From Octopus vulgaris (lineage: Eukaryota), in contig OX597815.1 in assembly GCA_951406725.2 (NCBI GenBank), forward strand, positions 134,168,001 to 134,232,000: a DNA stretch of 64,000 bases, read 5' to 3'. Each line of letters begins with the position of its first letter. Position 1 is the first letter of the stretch. Below, in pieces: positions 1 through 13,197 of this stretch. The translations under genes were made by a program, and so were the position numbers. Below the pieces are notes generated by a model, which was not told the DNA's origin, did no database searches, and saw only the letters and a list, made by a program, of their open reading frames with translations.

Positions 1-2225
1 GTCAGGTGGTAACGTATCCTTCCACATGGCCCGTCCTGAAATGCTAAAAGTAGCAGCTGCTTTCCCTCACCTTGACGAAGCACTAACCCGTCCTGTGCTC
101 ACGACTTCCCTGATCAAAAAGGGCGCAATCTTCACCTGCGTGTGTGCGCGTCACCTGCATGCCCTTCCTCTTCCAGTCAGCTCCCCCGCTGCTGATGTCA
201 TTCCACATGCCACCCTGATCCTAAAGATCCCCCCCCACTGCATGTCGATGTCCACCATCCAACCGGGTGGGCACCTTACATGTTGAGATCTCCTCAAGCT
301 AGGCATCTCACTCTCCTCCTCTCCACAATCATCATCCGATGAGGCGATAATCCTGTGAAGGTCGAAAATGTGACGTGGCATTCCATCCACGGAGATGTTT
401 CTGGAATTGACTGCTGTCACTGTTCCGCTGCTCCATTTGAGATGTACAGCGCACCTTCGGTGGCTTAACCCAAACTCCTCCCTCCCCTATTTTCATGGAG
501 GTGGGTTCCTTCTCTTCCTCGTGGCACTCCGGCACTTTACTGGGATGCCTCCATTCATATTTAAATACTACTCTGTGTGGCACAGATACTTTAGCTGGTC
601 CAGATCAGGGAAACATGTTATACCAGAAAACTGCTTCGAGTGGTGAAATGTGTCCTCTTTCCACCATGGCCTTGATTGTCCTATGGTGCCCCTCTACGAT
701 TCCATTACTGCTCGGCCTATACACTGCTCTGAACAAGCGACGCACTTTCCACCTGTCAAGCATATCCCTCAACACTTCCGAATGAAATACCACCCCATTG
801 TCCATTAGCAGTTCTTCCACAGGACTCCTCTCTAAAATATCCCATTCAAAATCTGCGCAATCTCATCAACAATGCTTGTCCTCAACTCCCTCCAAATGGC
901 TATCCAGCCCAGCCCACAGTCGACCATGGAGAGATACATTCCCTGATTGTAGTGTGTCACATCCACAGCTAGTCTCTTCCAGTTGTGCTCTACCGAAAGG
1001 TTTCCTTGCTCATGCCCACATCGGGCAGGGTCAATGGATTGGCACCTGTCACAGCTCCTGACCACTTTCCGGATCTTTCTCCTAGTGACATCAGCATCAA
1101 TCATCTTCGCGAGATACAGGGTCCTGTCCACACCCAAGTGATGCATAGTGTGCAGTCTCTTCAGTTCAGAGTCATCCAACAAACACGCTGCAACTATCCC
1201 TTTCTTTACCTCCTCCGGTTCCTCCAACCACGCCCTTTTCAACCTGGTCAGTGCGTCTGCCCTGTTTCTTTCCAAAGGCACATAAGCCACGTTCAGCTTT
1301 AGTCCGAACTCGGCAATCAGCTCTCCTAGAACACCAAACGGTCCCGCATTCCGTCTTGCACACACACCAGTTTCCCCTAACTGTGTCTTCTGCTCTCATC
1401 CTCTCTAGGATTTCCCACATCATTGCTACCGTCCCCTCTCTCACGTCGCTCTAACTCTCCCCCTCTGCTCGTCTCTTGGTGTAACTGCATGCTGTGCGCA
1501 GCCATCCAGCGATCGAGTAGTGACCGATCAACTTCCCACACATCGAGAACAGCTCTCTCCTGCTGACGCTGGAACTCAGCTCTGGGATTTCATTTCCTCT
1601 CCAGAACACCAACTCACCCAATCTATCTCTTCATAGCTTCAGTCCCAGTGCAGCTCCCTCTACCATCGATTCCAGTGGCTTTGCAACCAGCCTGAACTTC
1701 TCCAGATGTCTCACTACCTCAGTGGCTGGCACTACAGTCTCGTCCACCAAAACGTCGTCTATGTAGGAACTGGTGACCTTTCTTATCTTGTCCTCTTTCC
1801 ATGATCTTGCCATGATCTTCGGAGTGGAATTCAGTCCAAAGCCCAGCCTGGTTAAACTGTACATCCGGCCTTTGTGCCACGCCAGCTGATATCGCCACAG
1901 TTTGTCACTCACATGGAGCTGCAAATATGCCGTCTTCAAGTCGACGGTTGTTGCTACCTTGGTTGACTGCCTCCACACATGTAACGTCTCGCCACAAACG
2001 TCCATCGCCTTGCCTCTCATGTGACACGATATATAGGTGTTCAGTTCTCTAAAGTCCAGCACCAGTCTGACTTTTCCCTTCATTGGCTGCCCCACTGCCA
2101 TCAGAGGTAGCACTCCGCTCACTACCTCCTCCTTTCACAGGATAAGGGCTCCTTCCTCAATCCATCTCTCTACCTTGTCTTTAAACTTGACCCTGGCGTG
2201 ACCTTTCAGGGTACGCTGGTACACT
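1..2225 (-). mobile_element. Decayed Ty3/Gypsy LTR retrotransposon pol (RT, RNase H, integrase)
   Basis: Minus-strand ORF pieces: RT (LVLDFRELN, DLKTAYLQL, LGFGLNSTP, SYIDDVLV), RNase H end (NRADALTR), integrase HHCC (HHLGVDRT..CDRC) and DDE core (LAVDVTH, LLMDNG, YRPSSNGIVEGHHRTIK), C-terminal LRRSQHVRCPPGW. Order RT-RH-IN is the Gypsy order. Frameshifted. Confidence 0.9.
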
Positions 2226-2406
2226 GCTATTTGTATTTATACAGTCAGTTCTATTTATTTATTGGTGGGAAAGAACCACCAAGAATGAAGTACCATGTTA
2301 ATGACAAAATATGAACTGTGGTTTCTTTAAAAAGTTGGCCAATATCCTATAGGCCCACGCAAAGTCAAACAAAAGCTTGCTTTGTTGGTGTTATTTGCCA
2401 TTAAGT

Positions 2407-2900
2407 TCATCATCATCATCATTCTTTGCTGCTTATGAAACATAGGCCTTTGATTAATTCTCACCACTGTTCACAAATTTGGGTTGTCTTTTCTACATGT
2501 CTTTAGTTGGATCCCTGCTTTTCCTTGCTGTTTCCTTTTGAATTTTGTACTCCACATCATATGTTTCCTTGGGGGAAGACCTTCTTCTCCCAGGTCTTGT
2601 TGGTTTTGAATTGCCATCAATGCTTCTGTTACATTGCTTTTTTCCTAGATAGGGTTGTTGGCCCTATTTTCTTTATCTCAGGGAAAGAACGGTCAATATT
2701 AGTCTGGCCACTATCCTTTGGCCTGTCCAGCATAGAAGGTCTTACCAGGAACTTACCCTCAGTTGCCATATCTCTCAGGGTCATTGTGACACACTCCACT
2801 ACTCTACAACAAGGATTCAACCTTATGGGTTTTGTTGGTATGCTGTGAAGAAAAAGAAAATTTAGAGATTTTGAGACCATGCCCTTCATCAAAGATGTCT
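2407..2900 (-). mobile_element. Old RTE-like LINE 3' fragment with (GAT)n tail
   Basis: Degenerate C-terminal LINE-like coding remnants (..RPGRRRSSPKETY..) ending at a (cat)n tract near 2408-2422. Confidence 0.45.
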
Positions 2901-3462
2901 GTTCATTCTTCCTTTAAAATTGCTAAATTATGAAATGGTGGTTGTATAGTGAAGCACATAATTATTTGTAATATTGACTATCATTTATTTATTTATCATT
3001 ATTTATTATTTCTATAAGTCAGTCATAGAGGAAGAAGCAGAACCCAAAACCCAACGTTACATTTCCATGTCCTTTCAAACCAGTGAGAATGACGGAGTTG
3101 AAGTTCTACATAAACATCTCTTGAGACAATAATAATAAAAGCATGAATGGGAAGAGAATTTTCAAGGGCTGCTGTTCTGGAATGGAAGAGCTGAATGGAT
3201 GTTAGGTACAGGATCTGAGAAGTAAAACAGAGAGACAACAGAAATTTCTAAATCCTCATACGCATATTTATCTGCTGTAATTGTACAGCTGTTGACTCTT
3301 CTGAGGCCATCCTCTCTCTCTTCAATGGGTCTTGTTTTTATCCTACAGAGTGTCCAATAACCAGCCCAATCACCAAGCAGATTGTACTGAGTTACATGTT
3401 ACCAGAAGTAGTCAAGAGTAACTTGACACATTGTGTGTGTGTGTGTGTGTGTATGCATGTCT

Positions 3463-4490
3463 CATCATCATCATCATCATCGTTTATGTCCACTTTCCAT
3501 GCTAGCATGGGTTGGACGTTTTGACTGAGGGCTGGCGAACCAGATGGCTGCACCAGGCTCCATTCTGATCTGGCAGAGTTTCTACAGCTGGATGCACTTC
3601 ATAACGCCAACCTCTCCAAGAGTGTAGTGGGTGCTTTTACGTGCCACTGGCATGCGGGCCAGTCAGGCGCTACTGGTAATGGCCACCCTCAAATGGTGCT
3701 TTTTATGTGCCACCTGCACAGGAGCCAGTCCAGCGGCACTGGCAACAACTATCGCTTGAATGATTTTTCACATGCCACCAGCACAAGTGCCAGTAAGGCA
3801 ATGCAGGTAATGATCACACTCGAATGGGGCTTTTTACGTGCCACTGGCACAGAAGCCAGTTTGTTGCTCTGGCAATGATCACGCTCAGATGGTGCTCTTA
3901 GCACTCCACTAGCACTGATGCCTGTCATCGAATTTGATTTCGATTTCAATTTTACTTGCCTCAACAGGTCTTCGCAAGCAGAGTTTAGTGTCCAACGAAG
4001 GAAAGGTATGCATAAGTGGGCTGGTTACACCCCTGGCGTAGGCCATGAGGTTATGGTCTCACTTGGCTTGCCGAGTCTTCTCAAGCACAGCATATTTCCA
4101 AAGGTCCCAGTCATTAGTCTTTGCCTTGTTGAGGCCCAATTTTCGATGGTCATGCTTCACCACCTCATCCCAGGTCTTCCTGGGTCTGCCTCTTACGCAG
4201 GTTCCCCCAACGGCTAGGGTGTGGCACTTTTTCACACAGCTATCCACATCCATTCTCGCCACATCACCATACCAGAGCAGTTGTCTCTCTTGCACACCAC
4301 ATCTGATGCTTCTTAGGTCCAACTTATCTCTCAAGGTACTTACACTCTGTCGAGTATGCACACTGACATTACACATCCATTGGAGCATACTGGCTTCATT
4401 CCTTGCAAGCTTACACATGTCCTCAGCAGTCACAGCCCATGTTTCACTGCCATGTAGCATGGCTGTTCATACACATGCGTCATACAATCG
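3463..4490 (-). mobile_element. 5'-truncated RTE-clade LINE (ORF C-terminus, 3' UTR, (GAT)n tail)
   Basis: ORF 4059-4460 MLHGSETWAVT..RQLLWYG..RGRPRKTW is the typical RTE C-terminus. Same family as the copy at 52987-56258. (cat)n tail at 3463-3480. Confidence 0.9.
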
Positions 4491-4604
4491 TTATTTTTAA
4501 TTCATAGGAAGTTGCAAATGTGGCTCCAGTGAAGAATTATGTGCATGGCAATTATCAAAATAGTCCAAACTTGTGTGTGTGTATGTGTATACTTAGAGGG
4601 TTGT

Positions 4605-4690
4605 TTGTTTTGACCAATTGGAGAGTGATCATTAGTTTCATGCCTATAAAATACTTCACTGTATAGGCGACTCATCAGATTCGTTGACCG
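4605..4690 (-). ncRNA. Hammerhead ribozyme core (Penelope-associated)
   Basis: Minus strand: CUGAUGA (4678-4672), stem II GU-c-GCCUAUA/UAUAGGC-AU, GAAA (4639-4636), stem III ACUAAU/AUUGGU, cleavage triplet GUC (4614-4612). Stem I is not convincingly paired. Confidence 0.65.
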
Positions 4691-5374
4691 AAGTCACATG
4701 ACTTCTCTACAAGGGAGGAATATGTCATGGTCAGTTAATTTTGTAAGCAAAAAATTCCGGAATGAAATTCTACTGGTAATAAATGTGCTGAGTTGTACCC
4801 TTTAAATCGGTTCCAGTTACATCTAAAACGGGTCGGCGTATAGTCAGCTGCTTTAGCCATGTTGTCAAACGGAAAATTCCAATATGAATTTCGTCTGATG
4901 AGGGCAATGACTAAACATCTCTGTTTTGGAGTTCAAGTGACTTATCAAGTGACTTTTTCAAGATTCTTGCTCTCTTGCCAAGCAAATCTTACATCATTTG
5001 CTCCTGTTGAGGTACGGCCCCAATTGTTCTAGGAGCCCCCGTTTAATTATGTATCGTGTACATTCCTCTAAACGCCATACATAGCTGGCCACAAACGTGA
5101 TGTTGCACCGCTCTGGTATTCTAAAGGAGGACCTGTATTTGTTCAGATGATGCTTGAACAGATTCTCTGTAGATTCAACATTCTTCCGTGTCTGTGCCCT
5201 TGTGCAGGTGGTGTCATAGCTGCTATTCTTGCTGCTGCTGCTGGTTTCGCTGCCGTTGTTGCCGATATTGTTGGATGCTTGTGACGTAGCTGCTGCCATC
5301 ACAGCCGCCGTTATTGCTTCTGTTGGATGCACTATTGGTGTTATTGCTGCTGTAGCTGTCGCTATTCTCATTTC

Positions 5375-5595
5375 TTTATTGCCCACAAGGGGCTAAACAT
5401 AGAGGGGACAAACAAGGACAGACAAACAGACTAAGTCGATTATATCGACCCCAGTGCGTAACTGGTACTTATTTAATCGACTCCGAAAGGATGAAAGGCA
5501 AAGTCGACCTCGGCAGAATTTGAACTCAGAACGTAGCGGCAGACGAAATACTACTAAGCATTTCGCCCGACGTGCTAACGTTTCTGCCATCTCGT
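5375..5595 (-). mobile_element. tRNA-derived SINE (family B: ..ggcagaatcgttagcacg..gagttcaaattc..gtcgactttgcctttcatcc..)
   Basis: A/B-box-like head and body shared with copies at 9137-9300, 10835-11020, 43290-43925 and 45748-45935. Confidence 0.75.
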
Positions 5596-5695
5596 TATTG
5601 CTTCTACTTGACGTGCTATTGTTGTTGCTGTCACCGCTATTGCTGTCACTTGTTGTTACTGGCAGATGTGTTGTTGGTGTCATTTTTATTGTTGA

Positions 5696-6051
5696 CTAGC
5701 ATTATGACCCGGCATATGCATGCTAGTGCATGCATATACAGCTGCGTGCGTGCGCACATACACGCGAGTACTGTCCAAATCTCCGACCAATCACATGCGG
5801 CTAGCTGGCATTCAATTGGCGTATCAAGTTTCGGGCATTTTGATTGGGTTTTGGATAGAAAATTCACAAAAAAGTCACTTCTATTGATTTTTTAATGGCT
5901 TTACGGGGTGACTGGGGAAATGTAAGGATGTGCACGACCACCCTTGGACGGTTTTGAATGACCATAGAAAGTGCGAGCCCTCTAACTGAAAAATTGTGGA
6001 TTTGTATAAAGGACACACACACAGACATTTTGCCGTTTATATATAGAGAGA
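5696..6051 (-). mobile_element. Non-autonomous Helitron
   Basis: Minus strand A|TCTCTCTATATATAAACGGCA 5' end; subterminal hairpin ctagcatgcatatgccggg; CTAG|T 3' end at 5696; inserted in an AT dinucleotide with no TSD. Confidence 0.8.
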
Positions 6052-7029
6052 TGTCAGTGCTGCTGCCGCCACTGTAGGACCCCACCAGCCTCATAGACTA
6101 TGCCTTCAGAGTTGCATTGACGCACCTACCCCTCCCCCCCACTGGGCACCCGCCAACTAAAATATTTTTAACGCTGGGCACACAGCTGGAAGAGACCCTT
6201 AAATTGTGCCTATTAAACAATCGCCCATGTCTATGTGACTGTAAAGTGTTTGTCCACTAATCTAAGGAATATCCTTTCTACGTAGGTTCTAACGTTGAGT
6301 AAAGATTGGAAAAAGTTAATGACTTTACGATGACGCTTTCTTTTGTGGGTGTTAGGACCCGGAATATAGATGTGGTCAAAATCTCGTTGTAGTAGGGACT
6401 ACGGCGGTGAAAATTTCCTTATGGAGGACAGGTTCTAAATCCTCCTTCTGGCACCCTTCACTAAGTTCTTGAACACAATAGATGGGTGGCACGAAGCTCT
6501 GTTAATGTATGACAGCCTTTCGGTTGGTTTGCGGTAGGGCTTGTATGAACAGAACCCAGGTTCAAAGTAAGGTTGATCTCGACTGCACTCTTAAAGCCAA
6601 GGGAATTAAGGATGCAAATTAGGTCCTTCCTAAGCCTATCTATGCTATGCATGTTAGCACCTCTAGAAATGGCTAAAGTGCCCTCTCTGTATAGACCAAA
6701 AAGGACTGACTGGGAACCTCTTTGTTAAGATGTTCAGTATCTGTCTGTCTGTCTACCTACCTACCTACCTCGCCGGAGGTGGGGATATACACTACATTGA
6801 CAGAATTGACTGTATTTAAAAAGCTCGCTTTGCAATCATGTGGTTTCGGATTCAGTCTCACTGCGTGGCAGCTTGTGCTTTTACTATAGCCCCGGGCCGA
6901 CCAATACGTTGTGAGTGTATTTTGTAGATGAAAATTTTATGGAAGCTCCTCGTCATGTGTGTATGTGTATGTGTTTGTTTATGTAACTTAACGATTTGGT
7001 AAAAGAGACCGATAGAATACGTGCTTACT

Positions 7030-7425
7030 TTTGCTTATGACGGCCCATCAAAGATGAGGACAGCATAGATCCAGGACATTCATCCTCCTCCGCCTCCAAC
7101 ACATTATTTCTCATGGGAGCAGACGTGCCTATATGAGACAGGCAGATCCTTGTGGCATTGAAGGCACTGATAGTGACCTCGAACAACAACTGCAGGGGGT
7201 TAATGACATCGTCTCCTCTCTTCACGCAGTCTCCTGAGTTCAGTTTCAAAGCGCCCTACTCCAGCATCACACACCGACTTCCATGCCTTCCTACTAACAG
7301 CCGATTGGGAGGGACACCGCATAAAATGAGAGACCGCTTGAGATGATCACGAAAACGTTTTGGATGTCCATGAAGACTACTTCCAGTTCTCATATCGCTG
7401 AAGAGGTCCATCTTTAGGAGTCGGT
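7030..7425 (-). mobile_element. RTE/BovB-like LINE 3' fragment
   Basis: RLLKMDLFSDMRTGSSLHGHPKRFRDHLKRSL resembles the RTE C-terminal RLPKxxLxxEL..KKRxKDxLKxSL segment. Confidence 0.55.
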
Positions 7426-7689
7426 TACCTGGCCTTGTGGGTAGATTTGGTAGACGAAAACTGAAAGAATCCTGTCGTGTGTGTGTGTCCCACCACCGCT
7501 TGACAACTCGTGTTGGTGTGTTCAAATCCCCGTAACTTACCGGTACGACAAAAGAGATAGAATAAGTACAAGAGTTTGAAGAAAAAAGCCCTGGGGTCTA
7601 TTTGTTCAACTAAAAGCCCTTCAAGGCAGTGTCCCTGCATGGCCACAGTCAAATAAAAAGATTAAAGATACACACAAACACACACAGAA

Positions 7690-8200
7690 TTATATTTCGG
7701 GGTGATCATTTTTTTTTCTTGCCAAATAAATACATGCACTATATATTCGTTCTTCACTCGTTTATTATTGTTCCTATTTTATCTCATGTCCATTATCTGG
7801 AAATCTTTCGTTACACATCTGTATCCTCTTCAATGAGTCTTCCATCCGCGTGTTTCCTCCTATTTAGAATGCTCTTACATTACGGTAGCCAGTAACAGTT
7901 TAGAGATTGTTGAAAGCAGAGCAAATCCTGTTCTTTGTCTTTGTTTCTGACAGAATGAACTGAACAGAACAGGAGGAAACACGTGGATGGAAGACTCATT
8001 GAAGAGGATACAGATGTGTGATGAAAGATTTCCCGACAATCGACATAAGATAAAATAAGAACAATAATGGACGAGTGAAGAACGAATTTATAGTGCGTGT
8101 ATTTATTTGGCAAGAAAAAAATGACCGTCCCAAAATATAACAATATATGTTTCAACACACGATTTCACATCAGGAATCTTGCTGAACAAATTTATAAACG
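7690..8200. mobile_element. Foldback MITE-like element with ~170-bp inverted arms
   Basis: 7690-7862 is the reverse complement of 7970-8142. Terminal motif caagattcctgatgtgaaatcgtgtgttgaaacag is also seen at 9060-9100 and 39258-39300. Confidence 0.7.
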
Positions 8201-8202
8201 TG

Positions 8203-9040
<838 letters not shown>

Positions 9041-11059
9041 CACGTTTATAAATTTGTTCAGCAAGATTCCTGATGTGAAATCGTGTGTTGAAACAGATAT
9101 TGTCATATTTTGGGACGGTCGTTTTTTTTTTTTCCTGAGTTCAAATTCCGCCGAGGTCGACTTTGCTTTTCATCTTTTCGGGGGTCGATAAATTAAGTAC
9201 CAGTTACGTACAGAGGTCGATGTAATCGACTTAATTCCTTTGTCTGTCCTAGTTTGTCCCCTCTATGTTTAGCCCCTTGTGGGCAATAAAGAAATAAGAA
9301 ATAAAAGAAAAAAATAGTTATGTTGCTGCAACCAGGAAAAATAGAAATCAAAATATGTGTATATGTATATTTTTATTTATATGTAGCAGGAGTAACGCAC
9401 GAAACTCTCGGACCTTGAGCCACTCTTACTTCTGCTAAATATTAATGTGTGTGTGTATACGCTCATATATGCATGTGTACATGTGTTGCATGTTTTTTAT
9501 ACTTTTCTTTCTCTGTACTTTTTCTTCCATTCGCTCATCTCAACCGTTAAAAAAAAATCTGCTGGTGCTCCTTTTATTTTCACCTCTCTTGTCTCATTGA
9601 CACTTCCTTCCACTTTCTTTTCTCCCTAATTTGTTATGCACTAAATGTTACACTACTCGTCTTACTTGTTTCATAACTCTTATTTTACTGTTTGAATTAT
9701 TTGCCAACGCGGAATGTTTCCTCGTATCCTAACTAAGATACTCAGATACTTTTAACATACCATCTTTATTTGTAAATCGTATAAGGTTATTTTTTTTTTG
9801 TAGCTAAGGCAACGCCCTTTACATAAGGGTAGCCAGTAACAGTTTAGAGATAGTTGAAAACAGAATGGATCCTGTTGTTTGCCTTTGTTTACCGTTATTC
9901 GCACTTAAAAATAAACCGCAAAATAGATGAACAGCCACACAACCTCTGCACCCACTCCAACCAACTTTCTATATGTCATTCATTTCTCTCTCCTGCTTTT
10001 ACTTACCTTTTCTTTCCTCTTCCCCTTCCTTACTTCTATTTTCATCTTCTTCCCTTTCCCCCTCATTTCCCTATTATAAATTCTTTAATGTTTCTCTTTT
10101 TCTTCTCCCAACAGTTTGTTTCATTTTCATCTCGTTTGTTTTTCTCTTCCTCTTAGCGTTTTCTCTCCTTTATTTCCCATTCCCTCTCTTTCTCGCATGC
10201 ATTTCCTTACATTTCCACATATTTCTCTCTCTTTCTCGTTGCGCCTTCTTCAGTTTCTATCTCTCGCATGCGTCCCTTAATATTCTTCTTTATCCCTCTC
10301 TCTTTATCTATCTCACTTTCCTCTCTGTCGTTTCTTTGTTTATTTCTCTCCTTTTGCCAAAATACCGTTTAACTTGGGGTAAATATGTCCAATATCCTAT
10401 TACTTTTAAAAGTTTTATTGACATTTGTTGTTTAGTCTCTTGTCCCCACTGATGAATCATACCTATGCGTTCAAAGGCACTCCAACTATCCGAGAGATAT
10501 TTGGTTGCTAACTCTGGTAGGTCGAGTAGCTATGAAGATATGTTGTCAGCTCCGTGTTCCAGCCGAGTGTTTGTAACAGCTGCTGTGTTCAACTCCAGGT
10601 CAGCCTGATCTAGCACATTTAAGATCAAAAACTTTCCACATCGGATACGTTCAGTTTACTGTCAATGCATTCAACACTTGATATATTGTCAGAAAACGCA
10701 CATTTCTCTGTGTGTGTGTGTGAACACACACACACACACACACTTATGTTGTAATTTTATATATTGTAAATGTATTGCATATATTTTGGTTTCTTGGTTT
10801 ATGATAGGTTTGCTGTTTATATACCATACATTAGGGCATCGAGTTGGCAGAATCGTTAGCACGTCGGGCAAAATGCTTAGGGGTTATTTTATCAGTCTTA
10901 ACGTTCTGAGTTCAAATTCTGCCGATTTCGACTTTGCCACTCATCCTTCCTGGGTTGATAAAGTACTAGTTGATAAGTACCACTTGATTACGGTCAAACT
11001 AAAGTGTTTGACCCGAGCAAAATAATAAAAAAAAGTGCAGTAGGTGTACAACATATACA

Positions 11060-12180
11060 ACAACATTCACATGCTAAAAGGTGTGGTTACATAACTGAGA
11101 TTGATCACTCCAGTTTTCTTTCTTATGTTACAGAGTAAACATGGCCACTTTGCTGAAGTGTGCACCAAGGAAGAACAGAGACTGGTGATCCAATTTTTCT
11201 GGTTTGAAGATGCGTCAGGCTGAAATTCATTGCAGGGTTTCAGTACAATTTGTGAGTGGATCAAGAAATTTAAAATTGGCCAAATGAGTATGAAGCATGA
11301 AAAGGGAGCAGGACATCCATCAACTACTGGCATGAAGATTCAACAAGCTTGGGAGATAGTTCTGGCAAACTGACAAGTGAACATCATTGAGGTGGCATGT
11401 TCTCTACAAATTAGTCTATAAAGTCTGTGTGAGATGGGTGCCAAGAAATCTCATCAAAGCACATAAGCACATCATATAGAGATCTATCGACAGTTACTTG
11501 ACTGCTAAACAACGAAGGCAAAGCTTTTTTGGAGAAAATAATCAATCACAAGAAATGAGATCCGAGTCCATCACTTTCAGACAGAATCCAAATGGCAGAG
11601 TTTGGAGTGGAAACACCTGGAATTTCTTGTGAAAAAGAAAAAGTGATGCTAGCCATTTTTGGAGACATGAAAGGGCCTCTACTGGAATGTTACCTGGAAA
11701 AGAGGTCAACAGTCACCAGTGTAGATGACAATGAAATGCAGGCCAACAAACTAAAACCAGTAATTTGCCAAAGTCTATTGCCAAAACAAGTGTTATTCTT
11801 GTGCAATAATGCACACCCACAAACAGCTATCAACACTGTTGGAACCATTGAAAAATTTGGTCTGAACTTGCTGGACCACCCTGCCTACTGTCCAAATATT
11901 GTCTCTCTCAACTATCACCTCTTTGGGCTGCTCAAACATCTTTTACGAGGTCATTGATTTTCTACTGATGAAGAAGTGCAGAAAGCAGTGCATAAACGGC
12001 TGCACAACCAGCTGAAAACCTTCTTCTCTAATGGAATAAGCAAGTTTGTGGGTCACTGGAAAAAAAGCATTGAAAAGCAAGGAGGCTATGTTGAAAGATT
12101 ATGTAGTTGTTCAGCTTCTGTTTTTGTTTTAATAAACTACAGAAACAAGAGTGGGTATAATATTTCACTTAACCCTTGTA
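11060..12180 (+). mobile_element. Decayed mariner transposase
   Basis: WVPRNL, ESKWQSLEWKH, KVMLAIFGD, LCNNAHP, HPAYCPNIVSLNYHLFG (YSPDLAPSDYHLF-like), GISKFVGHWKKSIEKQGGYVE. Right TIR-like end ..aacccttgTA at about 12180. Confidence 0.85.
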
Positions 12181-13197
12181 TATTTGCATCATATGTATTA
12201 CACATAGAATATGTGTGTGTGTGTGTGCATGCGTGTGTGTGTGTGTAATCAAATAAAACAGAATCAAGTGTGAATGGTGATGCACTGCAGAGAATACAGT
12301 GATATTTCCATAGGTGAGAACTGTCTCAAGTTCTAGGATTCATAGAGCTGCCTCTCTCTCCATCTGTACACTCTAACCTTTGATCATTTGAAGCTAGATC
12401 CGTTCCTCCAATGCCCCTCTCTCCTCTCAAAATTCCATGTCTTGCAAGTTATTTGGTGATCCTACTGATGCTAGTGCCATGTAAAAAGCATCCAGATCAC
12501 ACTGTGAAGTGGTTGGCATTTGGAAGGGCATCCAGCTGTAAAAACCATGCCAAAACTGACCCTGCCTGTGCTGGTGCCATGTAAAAAGCATTCAGTCCAC
12601 TCTGTGGTATGGTTGGTGTTAGGAAGGGCATCCAACTGTAAAAACCATACCAAAACAGACACAGAAGCCTGATGTAGTTTTCCACCTGGTCGGCTCCTAT
12701 CAAACTACCCAACCCATGCCAGCATGGAAGACAGATGTTAACAGATGATGATGATGATGGTGATGATGGTGATGATAAGTGATTGTATCAAACGTTCCCC
12801 CTTAATGGGATGCCAGTGTACCACAGAGTCACTTGTTTACAGTTGAGTGGACAAGAGCTTCATGAAATGAAATGTTTTGTTCAAGAACATGACGCATCAC
12901 CTGGTTCAGGTTGCTCACCTTCATGAAATTGCCTTGGGGAATAAAAAAAAATCCAACATTTCACACAGTCCTTCTTCAGGGTTAAAGTTGGCAGAAGGGA
13001 AATAAATGAAAGACCACAAAGTTGTACACCTGTTACAGCCAGTTTCTCAAGTACAGAGGATGTAAAACTCTGTTGTCTTTCTCTTATTTCCCTCCTGTTA
13101 ATTTTAGCCTGAAGAACTCTGTCTGAAATGTCCAATTTTCCTACAGCAATATCAGTGTATTTTTTCTGTCAGTTTTATACAAGAACATATATAAGTA

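Larger units (their letters stand above)
4600..6720 (-). mobile_element. Decayed Penelope-like element (RT remnant, GIY-YIG endonuclease remnant, 3' region with hammerhead); interrupted by a SINE and a Helitron
   Basis: About 6260-6715(-) encodes GLYREGTLAISRG..IDRLRKDLICILNSLG..YKPYRKP..YINRASCHP, resembling Penelope RT and thumb. About 4930-5190(-) encodes ESTENLFKHHLNKYRSSFR..ASYVWRL..PYLNRSK*CKICL, resembling the GIY-YIG C-half. Confidence 0.8.

Noticed and set aside
3015-3250. Possible exon (strong minus-strand acceptor; plus frame SVIEEEAEPKTQRY..)
   Set aside because: All frames stop quickly and no protein family is recognisable.
4890-4940. CTGATGAG on the + strand as a second hammerhead
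   Set aside because: No GAAA follows a closable stem II, and it is antisense to the Penelope ORF.
9854-10452. Hydrophobic F/L/S-rich ORFs (also 58019-58291)
   Set aside because: Artefacts of CT-rich low-complexity tracts.
10445-10480. CTGATGAA motif as a hammerhead
   Set aside because: No GAAA core and no stem I or III.
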